Shown here in pieces: positions 9,879-21,141 of a stretch of 64,000 nt of DNA. Made by a program: the position numbers and the translations under genes. The stretch is taken from NCBI GenBank assembly GCA_963772725.1, contig CAVYYI010000004.1, positions 32,001-96,000 on the forward strand. Reading direction: 5' to 3'. Numbering within the stretch: position 1 is the first letter of the stretch; every line of letters begins with the position of its first letter. The notes below the pieces were generated by a model. It was not told where the DNA came from. It saw nothing but the letters and a program-made list of their open reading frames with translations, and ran no database searches. Origin of the DNA: an uncultured Phycisphaerales bacterium. Lineage in GTDB: Bacteria > Planctomycetota > Phycisphaerae > Sedimentisphaerales > Anaerobacaceae.

Positions 9879-11498
9879 TTGATGGGCAATAATGAGCATA
9901 TTACTGAACGAACAAAGAGTTGTTTAAGGTTGCAGACAAAGTTGAGCATCAGCTTTTCGGTTCTGACGATATTTATTTCGGCGATACTTACTTTTGCTCT
10001 GTATATGACGGTTCGAGGCCAGTTATATCAGGACATTCGTCAACGCCTTTTTGATATAGTCAATATCGCCGCTATGCAAATAGATGGCGACTGCGCATGC
10101 GAGTCTGACTGACCCCAATCAGGAAGGCAATGCTGTTTATATGCGCATTAAAAATATTCTGCAGAACATTCGCAGCAGGGGACCCGATATTCGCTTTATT
10201 TATACATGGCGTAAAAACGCGAGCGGGCAAATGACTTTTATCGTAGATGCCGAGACAGACCCCAATGAAATTTCTCATCTGGGCGAAGTTTACAGCACGC
10301 CGAACCCGCTTTACTGCAAAAACTCGCTAATCTTGATAGTGGACAGGTAGATGAGAAATTTACCTCTGATAAATGGGGCGTATGGCTGTCGGGCTATGCG
10401 CCTTTCTACAGGTCTGATGGACAAATGGAGGGGATATTGGGCATAGATATCGCCGCCTCCAAAGTGATAGCCAAACAGCGGCATTTTTTATGGGTAGCAT
10501 TAGGGATTTTTACTGCCGGCATCCCCTTTGCGATGATATTCGGGTGGTTGTTTGGTCGGACGCTGGCCGCTCCTATTGTCCGATTGACAGAAAGCATCAA
10601 ACGTATCGCAAAAGGTGACCTGAGTCATCGGGTTTCCATAAAAAGTAATGACGAAATCGGTATTCTGGCCAAATCTTTTAACGAGATGACCGAGAACCTG
10701 CAAAAGGGAACCGCCCTTGAGTACGAAATTGTCGAACGCAAAAAAGCGGAGGAAAAGCTGCAAACAACAGTGAACAAGCTAACTATTGCCAATTCTGAAC
10801 TCGGGGATTTCGCACATATAACCGCTCATGACTTAAAAGCGCCGCTGCGTGTAATCGGTAGCCTGGTTAGTATGATTAGCCAGGACTACGGCGATAAACT
10901 GGATGAGCAGGGAAAAGAATATCTGCGAATGCTTGTGTTGAGGACTCTGAGAATGAGCAAATTTATAAGCGGCATATTGCGTTATTCCGAGATAGGAAAG
11001 GCGGCCAGTGAGAGATGCAAGGTAAATTTGAATGAGGTTGTAGATGAAGTGGTTTACGAGATAACTCCACCTGAAAGTATTGAAATAATCAGGGAAACAA
11101 CACTGCCGACGATTATAGCCGATGAAATACAGATGATACAGGTATTCCAGAACCTTATAGGTAACGCGGTAAAATATATGGATAAGCCGCAAGGCCAAAT
11201 CAGGATAGGCTGCGCCGAAGAGGATGGTTTCTGGAAATTCAGCGTCGCGGATAACGGTCCGGGCATTGATGAAAAATATTATGAAAAGATTTTCAAAATC
11301 TTTCAGACGCTTAACCGCCGCGATGATGTTGAGTCAACCGGCATAGGACTTTCCATAGTTAAAAAGATTGTTGAAATATACAGCGGAAAAGTCTGGGTGG
11401 AATCGAAGCCAGGCCAGGGAGCCACATTCTTCTTTACATTGCCCAAGAGCGAAGCTGCTCCAGCAGAGGAAAAAGAGCTTGTTGAACAGAGCCTCTGA
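9879..11498 (+). CDS. Membrane sensor histidine kinase with HAMP domain (two frameshifts in the sensor part)
   Basis: TM-periplasmic-TM-HAMP ('SNDEIGILAKSFNEM'), H-box AHDLKAPL, N-box QNLIGNAVKY, DNGPGI and GIGLSIVKKI. Confidence 0.9.
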
Positions 11499-11557
11499 TA
11501 ACGCTTAATAATATCGCTTTGAAGTCAGCTAAATTGTGAAATGGCAGGGTTAATGAT

Positions 11558-11761
11558 TTATTGGTAATTGTGCGGTTTGGCGTTTATGATTGCCGCAAGA
11601 AGGATGTGTCTGAGCCGGTCAACGCTCAGGTTATTAAGATAATCCTCGGTGAAATCAAGTCTGAATGAACCTTTGAAATTTTTGATTCTTCGCTTCAACT
11701 CTTCTCTTCCAAGGGTTGCAAGCGTTGTCGCTGTGTGTTCAAAACGTTCACTCGGAGTCAT
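11558..11761 (-). CDS. Small hypothetical protein
   Basis: 67-aa ORF with aaagg SD; 'FRLDFTEDYLNNLSVDRLRHILLAA'. Confidence 0.6.
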   Translation of the reverse strand: MTPSERFEHTATTLATLGREELKRRIKNFKGSFRLDFTEDYLNNLSVDRLRHILLAAIINAKPHNYQ

Positions 11762-11898
11762 ATTCGTACCTTTTCAAATCAATCCTTTATACAGTTCCAA
11801 TCCGACTACTGGCATATCGTTTTGTTTTGGGTGTGACTTCTGTACAAAAATTCGCAGGCCGCCATATTGCAGAAACGGTGCGTTAGTTGCCAAATTTT

Positions 11899-11996
11899 AC
11901 CGCAGAGTTCGCAGAGAACACAGAGGTGTTTGTAATATAAAGACTTATGAAGAGATAAATATTATTTTTCTCTGCGGCCTCAGCGTCCTCTGCCGT
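11899..11996. repeat. Inverted pair of CGCAGAG-type short repeats (REP/MITE-like)
   Basis: accgcagagttcgcagagaacacagag ... ctctgcggcctcagcgtcctctgccgt. Confidence 0.55.
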
Positions 11997-12067
11997 TAAT
12001 GAAATACGCGGGTTTGCCTGCCAAGAATTTCTTTGTCATTTGCCGTAAGGTCTGATAATTTTGAGTT

Positions 12068-13117
12068 ATGAAGACAAAAGAGTTTGATTATTACCTGCCG
12101 CTGGAGTTGATTGCGCAAAAGCCCGCGGAAGTCCGAAGCGATTCGAAGCTGCTGGTTTTGGACTGCGCGGGGGGCGGAATTTCAGACAGGCGTTTCAGTG
12201 ATATAGGTGATTTTTTGCTGCCGGGCGACTGCCTTGTGCTGAACGACACAAAGGTTGTGCCTGCCCGTTTTTTTGCCCGTCGTCAAACCGGAGGAAAACT
12301 CGAAGGCCTGTTTCTCGAAGAGGTTGAAAATGGCCTGTGGGAAATTATGCTCAAAGGGTCGGGCAAAGTTAAATCAGGGGAAACAATCTTTCTGGTTGAC
12401 CAGTCCAAAAAAGATTTTTGCCAGGCAGAGCTTGTCGAAAAATCTCAGCAAGGCAGATGTAAGATTAGGGTGCACTCAGACATTGAAGTGGAAGCGATTC
12501 TTGAGGAAATCGGTTTTCCGCCTCTGCCTCCTTATATTAAACGTGCCGATGATGCCGAACAGGCCGCTATCGATAAAGTCCGGTATCAGACGGTGTACGC
12601 GGCAAAATCCGGCGCTGTCGCGGCGCCAACGGCAGGGCTGCATTTTACGGGTGAACTGATAAACCGCTTAAAGAATAAGGGCGTTGAATTTGCGTATATA
12701 ACGCTGCATGTTGGGGCAGGGACATTTAAGCCGGTAACCCAGGAGAATCTCGAAGACCATCACATTCATAAAGAGTTTTTCAATATTGACAGAGAAAATG
12801 CCGCTGTAATAAATTCCGCAAAGCAAAAAGGCCGACGAATCATTGCTGTCGGTACAACAAGCATTCGCACTTTAGAGACGCTGGCCCAAGCGGGAAAAAT
12901 CGAGGCTGGTGCCGGCTCAACGCAGTTGTTTATTATGCCCGGTTTTGAGTTTAAGATTGTCGATGCCGTGATAACCAATTTTCATCTGCCCAAATCAACG
13001 CTGCTAGCCCTGGTTGCCGCGTTTACGGGGCTTGAAAATATTCGAGCTGCTTATCAACACGCCATAGAAGAAAAATACCGCTTCTATTCCTATGGCGATG
13101 CGATGCTGATAATCTAA
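12068..13117 (+). CDS. queA: S-adenosylmethionine:tRNA ribosyltransferase-isomerase
   Basis: FDYYLPLELIAQ, PLPPYI, RYQTVYA, AAPTAGLHF, VGTTS, NFHLPKSTL and FYSYGDAM motifs. Confidence 0.97.
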   Translation: MKTKEFDYYLPLELIAQKPAEVRSDSKLLVLDCAGGGISDRRFSDIGDFLLPGDCLVLNDTKVVPARFFARRQTGGKLEGLFLEEVENGLWEIMLKGSGKVKSGETIFLVDQSKKDFCQAELVEKSQQGRCKIRVHSDIEVEAILEEIGFPPLPPYIKRADDAEQAAIDKVRYQTVYAAKSGAVAAPTAGLHFTGELINRLKNKGVEFAYITLHVGAGTFKPVTQENLEDHHIHKEFFNIDRENAAVINSAKQKGRRIIAVGTTSIRTLETLAQAGKIEAGAGSTQLFIMPGFEFKIVDAVITNFHLPKSTLLALVAAFTGLENIRAAYQHAIEEKYRFYSYGDAMLII

Positions 13118-13200
13118 ATGTGACGTATCTTAATTTCTATTCGATTTATAACGCCTTGTCAGTTATAGACTTAAGCGAGCTATTTGAGCATATAATCAAA

Positions 13201-14132
13201 TTACATACAGTCTGCCGGTACCAGCTTGCTTTCTTTTATATTTTTGGCTTTCGGAAAAGTGAACGCGGGTTTTTGTTCCAGCAGCGCGTGGCCAAAGTCG
13301 AGCATTGTCTGTATTGCCGAGTTTGGTCACCTCCGGCGGGTTTAGAAACAAATTGGCTATAACTCCCTTGACGCAGCTGAAGAAACCCTCAGACTCTTCT
13401 GTATCACTGATCGACGCCACTTTTATTCCCATGTGCGGAGTCTTTTTTGTTTTTTTGAATGAAAGCGTATTCACCCGTGCAACTATCTGGTTCGATCTGT
13501 TTTCGTACTTATATTGTCCGTCTTTTGGTTTGATATCATAAAGACCGACGGTTACGCAGCTTTTGTGGTCTCGTGCATTGAACTGTAAATCCACCTCGGT
13601 AACGGTTTGCGTAGAGCCGGCTATCGTTCCTTTGACCTCGATGCGGCCGAACCCTTCTCCTTCAAATTTGATATAATCAAGCATATTTGTCAGCGTTTCG
13701 CCCTTTTTCAATTCGCCGATATACATCGCTATCACCCCCGCGGGGTCGAAGGTATTCTTGTGAAAGCCCTTTCCCAATATTTCAAATTCACAGACCAGAT
13801 AGAAGGATTTTGAAGTGACTTTTTTTTCATACGAGATAATACCTACCTGCTGCTCATTATTGGCGCTGGTTTGTCGGTCAACACAGTGTCGGAGATATCA
13901 GCGGAACAAAATACATGAAAGAGGAAATAGGATTTTTTTTGAATTCCTCTTTACTATAGCTCAACAGTACGGTCGGGCCGTTGCTGTCTTTGGCGGGATT
14001 ATTGGCATCCGAATTATTTACGTCCGCCGTGGATTTACCGCCGCTGCTGCTTAAACAATCTTTGGGGTCGGAACCTGATGAGATAGCCGCCATTAAAAGG
14101 AAAATACATACAACCGTTAATTTCATGCCCAT
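13201..14132 (-). CDS. Secreted hypothetical protein (frameshifted)
   Basis: Signal peptide in ORF 13878-14132, continued by ORF 13196-13777 and a final frame ending 'FTFPKAKNIKESKLVPADCM*'. Confidence 0.55.
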
Positions 14133-14279
14133 ATTTTATCATATAGCGGTATGGTGCACAAGACCGCCCGCTTATCGAAATATTGACATTCTATTTATCT
14201 TGCATAAGGTCGTACTAATGAAGTTGATTGTATAAAACATTGCAGATTTTTAAAGGAATATTTTTATAGAATATATTAT

Positions 14280-14414
14280 GAGACCTCTGAAAAACTATGA
14301 CTTTGAAAAAATCAGAGATTGCCGCGGCCTCAAAGAGGCCACGCAATGACGTAAAAACGCAGATTTTGTCATTGCGAGGAGCGACGAAGCAATCTCAGGT
14401 TTTTCAGAGGTCTC
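14280..14414. mobile_element. 135-bp MITE with the terminal IRs of the IS5 element at 40027-41272
   Basis: gagacctctgaaaaac ... gtttttcagaggtctc; interior is a pair of REP-like units (gagattgc..gcaatgac / gtcattgc..gcaatctc). Confidence 0.85.
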
Positions 14415-14525
14415 GTACGTTTATTTTAGGAGATTACTCTCATGGCAACTGGTACAGAAAAATGGAGCAGGTCAGTCTATGGATTATAATCAATCTGTTA
14501 CCCCATTGCACGAGCTTATAAATAA

Positions 14526-14572
14526 TGGGCGGTATAGGACTCGAACCTACGACCTCCTGCGTGTCGAGCAGG
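14526..14572 (-). pseudogene. tRNA-Val(GAC) 3' fragment, att-site scar
   Basis: Reverse complement cctgc-tcgacac-gcagg anticodon arm, gtaggttcgagtcctat T-arm and accgccca acceptor 3' strand; D-arm and 5' strand absent. Confidence 0.85.
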
Positions 14573-14633
14573 ATCATGGGTTTTCTAACTACTTGTCAAT
14601 AAAGCACTTACGTTTTGTAAAATAAGGACTTAT

Positions 14634-14987
14634 GAACTGTTTTCGAACTGGTCTGGAACTGGATTCAGAACTGTTTTCAGACTGGAATTGCCACAAAACT
14701 GCCACAAATTTAAGGTTGGCTCTTTGTTAAACTGACACGAATTTATCCGGCATGAAAGGGTTGCATAGTTATGTATCATTTCGGAAATAGCTATGTCAAA
14801 TGACACAGATGTTATTGGCGTAGAGGGCGAAATTCGATATGCCCTCTTTCTGTAACATCATCAAAAACCTGTATTTAGCACTTAACTCTAACCCAAACAA
14901 AGATTTAGACTCTCTCGTTTCTTTACTGTCTCAGCACGATTTTTTACTGTCTTGATACCTATTTTTAGGGCAACTTTAGGGGCAACA
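14634..14987. repeat. Short direct repeats resembling integrase arm-type sites
   Basis: gaactg units at about 11-12 bp spacing, gccacaaa x2, ttactgtc x2 and tttagg(g)gcaac x2, next to the tRNA fragment. Confidence 0.55.
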
Positions 14988-15053
14988 CTAAAACGAATTT
15001 ATCCTCAATAACATAAAACCGGATACTTGAAAGTCTAACCTTAATGGGATAAA

Positions 15054-15887
15054 TTGTCAACTATGGCAGAAATCAAACTTACTCCTAAAGGACAGCTTTG
15101 CTGGGTTTCGGAGAATGGCGAATCACCCGCGGCCTTTGCTTTGCTGCAGAAAGCGTTTGAGCATGACTGGCGACAAGGAATGTTTATGCTGGCGGCGGAA
15201 AAGGTCGATGTTGCCGGTTCAGCTTCGCTGCGATATATACAGACTATTGCAGTACGTTATCTGACGGGATTATGCCATATCCCCGAATCCGCGGATACGA
15301 TAGCCGTAACACAGCCTGGCGGCGGGGAATTTTCAAGCTGGCTGCTGGCCGCCCCGCCAATGACAGGAGCAGAATATCTTTCTGAAGATGTACTGCGGAC
15401 AATATGGACACAACTGGACCAATGGACGCAAAAAAATATCACTTCTACAGGTAGTTTGAAGTTATTTTTACAGACACAAGCACCGAAATGGCACCAGATA
15501 GGCCGGGTGTGTTTTCATTTGGCAGAAAACAAGGCTGACCATACATATCCGTTTGCATTTTTAGCTACTTATTCCACAGGGTTTGGTGCGGCAGGCAAAC
15601 TCAAACATCTACCGCTCCGCACAGCGATTGAACAATACGCCGGTATGAAAAATCGCAACGTGCTTATCAACCTGCTCTCGCCGGTGCAGCAGACACGGAC
15701 AAGGCTATATGTTTTCTTGAGTTGCTATAAACAGGCACTCGAACAGGCCGTCAAGGACCTGTCGCAGAATCGCAGGTATATAGGTGATGAGCTTTACAAA
15801 AAATATACTGGTGATTTAGACCACCTGAATCAGGAAATAACTGCCGGCAGAATCCGCTGGCTTGGCAAATCAGCCATTACTGATTAG
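15054..15887 (+). pseudogene. N-terminal fragment of a SNF2-associated helicase fused to an unrelated tail
   Basis: 'APPMTGAEYL', 'W..IGRVCFHLAENK..YPFAFLATYSTG....KHLPL..A..QYAG' matches my recollection of the N-terminus of a bacterial SNF2 family; no Walker/DEAQ motifs follow. Confidence 0.6.
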
Positions 15888-16726
15888 AAAAACACCCCAT
15901 TCATCAATAATTCTTGTACGGTTCGAGCCATGGTGCGCCTGCGGACGCCCACATACCCGGCGCTGACGCCGCCGGCAACAGTCCATGGGCCCCTCGTATT
16001 AAAAACTTTGGACCATTTTAATGTCCACAGTTCCTTCAATCCAACTTTTCGGTAACTGTTGTCCATAAAAAGAGCGGTCACATAACCAGAGTGCCTGTCT
16101 ATGCAGTTCCATCCGATACCGCTTCCGGCTGACCCTCCGGCACCTTCGTACGGTGGAGGATTATCATACGCGTTAATTGTCCTGGACTGAAAAAAATAGG
16201 CTCCATCTGTAAGAACAGGAATATTGTTGGAATTTTTCTGGTTGGCGGTCTTCCACTTATTCTGATAATTTGCCGCGTTTTCAAAGCTTTGGCAGTACCC
16301 GTTAACTATGTAGCTGACTGAATACTGTTCGTTAATCTTCCAGTACGCGTCCATTACGCCAATTGTGAAAGGATCCGCCGGACATTTGTACACACCAGAT
16401 GTACCTGTTTTCCTATCGCTTGTTGAAGGGCAAATAAGCACTTTCTTATCCTTATAATATGGCTTCAATGCTACATACCACAAATCTTCTCCAAAACTCG
16501 TGGCTCCGTTAACCCACCCAAGCGGATAGGTGTTTTTATTATCTCCCAGGTACATCTCCAAGGCCAGGCTTAATTGTTTACCATTAGACCCGCACGCCAC
16601 GGCCTGTGCCTGTTTCTTCACCTTTGCCAGTGACGGCATCAGGATAGACATCAATAGCGCGATAATCGCTATCACGACAAGCAACTCGATAAGAGTGAAT
16701 CCGTGTTTTCTCGTCATTTTTTTCAT
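15884..16726 (-). CDS. Prepilin-type N-terminal cleavage/methylation protein (DUF1559-like)
   Basis: HGFTLIELLVVIAIIALLMSILMPSLAKVK..AQAVAC; C-terminal 'RHSGYVTALFMD'. Confidence 0.9.
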   Translation of the reverse strand: MKKMTRKHGFTLIELLVVIAIIALLMSILMPSLAKVKKQAQAVACGSNGKQLSLALEMYLGDNKNTYPLGWVNGATSFGEDLWYVALKPYYKDKKVLICPSTSDRKTGTSGVYKCPADPFTIGVMDAYWKINEQYSVSYIVNGYCQSFENAANYQNKWKTANQKNSNNIPVLTDGAYFFQSRTINAYDNPPPYEGAGGSAGSGIGWNCIDRHSGYVTALFMDNSYRKVGLKELWTLKWSKVFNTRGPWTVAGGVSAGYVGVRRRTMARTVQELLMNGVFF

Positions 16727-16755
16727 TTTATTAATACCTCAAAATATATTCGCTA

Positions 16756-16791
16756 AGGGGCCTGTTCATAAACTTCCTCGAACAGGCCCCT
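16756..16791 (-). terminator. Hairpin terminator
   Basis: aggggcctgttc ... gaacaggcccct. Confidence 0.6.
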
Positions 16792-16821
16792 GTGTTCTTT
16801 AATGCCTATACAAGCAAACTG

Positions 16822-16990
16822 TTACGGCCAGAGAAGTATCTGCCGCCAGTTTTCCGCAAGTTTGGCAAAATCCCTGAAGTCAACCTTGTTATCAACTATC
16901 AAATCAGCGACTGACAACAGCGGCTGATAGACAGACGTCTTCCCGATGAGTTTGACAACCTCAGCCTGTGTAAGCGCATAACCGGCATCC
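16822..16990 (-). pseudogene. C-terminal remnant of a LamG/dockerin-like secreted protein
   Basis: Hand translation 'YALTQAEVVKLIGKTSVYQPLLSVADLIVDNKVDFRDFAKLAENWRQILLWP*' with no upstream gene body. Confidence 0.65.
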
Positions 16991-17141
16991 GATCATCTGT
17001 TTTAACGACTCTTCTGTTATAAAAAGTTTTTCAATCGGAAGTTGACAAACTAAGTCTATGTCATATTCGGCCTCTTTCCCGTTTCGTATACCGGCAGTAC
17101 CAGGAATCTTTTGCACATTATAGAATAAACTCTATATTGGG

Positions 17142-17717
17142 TCATGGCTTTTTGCGTTTTTCAGGGTTGAGCCATCTGTCAGCAAAGGCTTTATTCTTAA
17201 TGGTGTCAGGCCAGCCTTTTTCCACCCATCGTATGTACATAAAGGTATTGAACAGCTTGTCCCAGTCCTGGTTTATCACTGTTTCATAGAATGCCGGCTC
17301 GAGGTTCTTAACGCCTTGAGAGTATGAATAGTCCAGAAGTATTTCCTGGCTTTTTCTCGTCAGCGAGTCAAAGGGATGAGCAGGATATTTTTCAGCCATA
17401 TATTGGCGAAGTTCCGTGAGGGTTTTCTCCAGGTCTTTGCGCAACTGCTTTTCAGCTTCTTCTTTAGGCCACCCCTGAGAATAGTACTTCTCATCCAGTA
17501 CCGGCTGACGGTAGCCTATCCTTCTGCCGATAGATAACGAATAGGGATAAAAACGGCCATCGTTCCTTAAACCAAAATCATAAGGATTTGTCGCCGATTT
17601 GATATACTCCACAAATTCATCGGTTATAATGGATTTGTTCGGTAGCCTGTGGGCAGCGGCGCAGGAACTTAGCACTATTGTTCCAGCAATCGCAATTAAT
17701 ATAAACATTTTTTTCAT
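17142..17717 (-). CDS. Lipoprotein with phage-lysozyme-like (GH24-like) fold, copy A
   Basis: Start MKKMFIL with lipobox LSSC; 'FYPY...RRIGY...GW.KEEAEKQLRKDL...FDSL...QEILLDYSY..G...F...V..QDW'. Confidence 0.6.
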   Translation of the reverse strand: MKKMFILIAIAGTIVLSSCAAAHRLPNKSIITDEFVEYIKSATNPYDFGLRNDGRFYPYSLSIGRRIGYRQPVLDEKYYSQGWPKEEAEKQLRKDLEKTLTELRQYMAEKYPAHPFDSLTRKSQEILLDYSYSQGVKNLEPAFYETVINQDWDKLFNTFMYIRWVEKGWPDTIKNKAFADRWLNPEKRKKP

Positions 17718-17730
17718 TGTATTATCCCTT

Positions 17731-20644
17731 TCAGAATCTGAGTGTGATAGTTTCGGATTTTTGGATTTTCTGCTTAGCGGTTTCAACTTCAAAGACGCAC
17801 TGGAAATCGCCTTTGCTTTCGTCAATATCAGACGAAAATTCATAAGGAAATATTGCATCGGTCTTTTCCTTCCAAGGGTCATTTCCCTGACGATATTTCA
17901 GTTTCGCGGAAATAACGTTTTCAGGAAGTGCGTCGGTATAAACATAAGATGATGTAAGACCTTTGCCCATCGTGATAAGCATCGCGGTAACTTTGCCGAA
18001 AGGAGCATCGGCTGTAACAAGGCTGTCTTTGCCCAGCGTCACAGCGGTTTTATCGAACATCTTGGCCTGCAGGCGGGGCTTGACCTTTACGCCTTCAATG
18101 GCATAAGCAACTATGCCTTTGGGTGATATTGTGAATTTTACAGTGTTATCAGAAATCTCAATAGTGCCTTTATCTTTGTTATCCTGCCAGATTCGCGCTT
18201 TTATGGGCACCATTGCATTCAACCAAATCTGAATTGAGTGTGATTGTTACATCCTCGGTTTTGAATGACTGGTTCCAGAATGCAAGGTAAAATTTACCAT
18301 TGCCATAGCCGGCGACATAATCAACCTGCTTATTATCCGATTTAAGAAGATGTCTTGGCAGCCATGGCTGAACATTGTTTTCGTCGTAAAACTGTCCCGG
18401 CCTGTCACCATAAACTTTTACCCTAAAACCACTTTCATACATACAGCGGGAAGGAAAATCGATTTGTTTTTCGGAGCGGTTAAAAGCGTCGGAGATTAGA
18501 AAATCCATCACGGCCCCAATCCATTCGCAGGCATGACCGGGATTGAACGTAGAATAGTCTGTCTGGTAAATGTAGTGCATCGGGGCATCCGGAAGCTCCG
18601 CGACAAGAGAATATGCGATAGAGCGAAAATCTCCCGCGTAATTGGCGTATCGTCCCACCATCGCCCATCGCTGCATATCCCGCAAAAAATCGTCTTTGGC
18701 GTAAGCAGCCAGTCGCATGAATTGTCCATGATTGCTAATCCAGTATCCGCCGCGATAAACGTCCAACTGGACACCAACAAGAGATGCTCTCCATGCGGGT
18801 ACCGTCTGTTCCGGTGCATAGAGGTTTTGTGGCGGGGAAAAACCCCAGTCTTCGTGTCTTTGATAAGCATGTCCGTGAATAGGAACCTTGTTGTCTTTAT
18901 CCACCGTTACCATCGCATCGGGTACCATTGGAAACATATTGTATCTGGAAAGGTAATGGTACGCGGATTTTACAGCTCTATTAAGATATTTTTCGTTTTT
19001 CGTCTCTTCATACATCTCAAGCATATCTCTAAAATCGCCGCCATCCTTTGCGACCATGATGGCATCATTTAGATATTCTTTCTTCCCCGTCATCCTGTAC
19101 CTGGCCAGTGAGTCCATGAAATTATATTTTTTGAACCCTTTTTTTCCAGCGTAATACTTAAAAGCGTAAGTGCGGTTTTGGAACATACCCCCAAGCGATA
19201 CCAGCGGGCCGGTATCAGGATAGGGAGAACCAACATCTCTTCTGCCGGCGCTAACCATTCCGGTGTCATAGATATTGTACGGCATAAATACGTTATGCTT
19301 TCTCGACAGGGCAAATTCAATCATCGGCAGAGCCCTGTTTTTGTAAAATTCCTCATCATCGGTTAGAATCGCAGCCGCCAGACCGAACATTGGTGAGAAT
19401 GGCTTGAAAGTACCGGACTGGTCTGACCAGTAATTATAATATTTTTGCTCATTGTGCCACATGCAGTAGTTTTGACCGTCACGGTCGCTGAGATAATCCA
19501 TGATATTTTCAACTGTATTATTAAGCGGACCTGTACCGCTGTTATCTCGCATGTCACGGAAACGATAAATATTTTTGGCGACGTATTTATAAGTTTCTTC
19601 CCAGTTTCCTGGTCGCAAGACATAACGAACAGCGAAATTATAGGTGTCCCCTGAATTCATCCTTGATTCATAACCGCCCATTATCGGAGCAAAAGCCACC
19701 TGACGCAAACCTTCGCTCTTATTTTCCATCATCATCCCGAAGCGGGAATTGCTCTCAGACGCTAAAGAGTAAGTCCATACTCCTTTACTATCCATAACAA
19801 GTCGAAAAGGGCGCTCATTGGGGTCAATCACAAGAACTGAGTTCATTTTCTCAGTGGCAATATGGACCCTCGGCATTGCCATATGTGCCTCGGACATAAC
19901 ATAATTAAATTGGCTGAATCCTCTTTCGGCAGTTTCCTGCGGTACGGGCAAAACTTCCCCCGAATCTACCCATGGCAGACCGGTAAAAGCCGTCGAATAA
20001 AAACCGTCTTTCTTCACTTTCAGACTATATCTTATTTGCGGGTCTCCATCGCCAGTCGGAAGCACAACCTCTGCCGTTAGTGAAAAGTTCGGCTGTTCAT
20101 CAAAAAGCCATGTGATAGAGTTATTGCCGGACGAAGATTTGACAGCTTTCAGTATCGTTTTCTGACCCGCGAGGTATGGATTCATTGTTCCTTTAGCGAA
20201 GAGGCCTTCTGCTCTTTCGATAGCCTTGCCTTCCGCATTTTTATAGACAAATGTACGTTCACCTCTGGAGTTAACGACAATTTTAATATCACCTTTTGCT
20301 CCCAGTAAATCCGTCTCTTTATTGGGAGATTTCGGGTCATTGCTGTAAAACGCCCATCTTTGGGCAAGTGTTGGCATTCGAGGGTAAGGACTGGGTTGAC
20401 GTCTGTCAAACCGGCCGATTCGATTTATCCCGAAACCGAGGTTTCTTTCGCTGTACATAACTATGAATTCCCCGACGAGCTTTTGAACAGGAACATCCTC
20501 TGCTTTTACCTCGATTGAGTTATCTGGCAGCAGTGTCAATTCATATTGCTGGTTTTTCAGCACAGTAGTGCTTTCAGCGATTTTTATGCCGATACAAAAA
20601 GCAGCCAAAAATAATATTAGAAATCTTATATTATGAGTAATCAT
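17731..20644 (-). CDS. Large secreted protein of unknown family, paralogue 1 (one frameshift near 18200)
   Basis: ORFs 18179-20644 and 17731-18222 together are colinear with the intact 26852-29728; signal peptide present. Confidence 0.8.
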
Positions 20645-20797
20645 AATTTTCTCCTATATCAGAGCCTGTTGCACAATGATTTTCTAATCCAACGGTTGGA
20701 TTAGATGGCTATCTGGGACAGACGGCTCAATTCTCTGTTTCCCAAACACCTTTTTCTTAACTTTTTATATGGTATCGTGTTTTTGCCTTTGCGGTTG

Positions 20798-20960
20798 TCA
20801 TAAAATTCTGACTCGGCTCATAGTGGTTAGTCCAAGTACTTCATCAAGTTCTCGGTAAGCCAGTAAACCTGCATCGCTGGTTACTTTTGTTCCGTGAAAT
20901 TCGAGCTTCAATTTTTGGTCAAAATTGACTCGCAAAGCATCCTTGCTTCTTTCACCCATT
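20798..20960 (-). mobile_element. IS1380-family transposase N-terminal fragment
   Basis: [43 protein letters not shown], then truncated. Confidence 0.8.
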
Positions 20961-21141
20961 GGGTTCTCCAAATCAGAACAGTCAAAACTGGTTTGAACGG
21001 CATCCATAGGCTCTATACTACCGGCGTCTAAATCTTCAAATCACCAGCAATTGCACAGACGGTATGACCCGCGCATTAATCAAAACAATCAATACTAATG
21101 CCGTTAGGAAACACATTTCTTGTTTTTCTGATAACATCGTT

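Noticed and set aside
14526..14572. Functional tRNA-Val
   Set aside because: The D-arm and 5' acceptor strand are missing; treated as an att fragment
14634..14710. CRISPR-like or iteron array
   Set aside because: Units are 6-12 bp with no spacers, and there are no cas or rep genes in the window
17718..17882. N-terminal extension of the 246-aa ORF
   Set aside because: It overlaps the upstream gene; the SD and lipoprotein signal point to a start at 17717
20661..21014. Composite element bounded by agagcct/aggctct
   Set aside because: The inverted match is only 7 bp with no TSD; only the IS1380 fragment is supported
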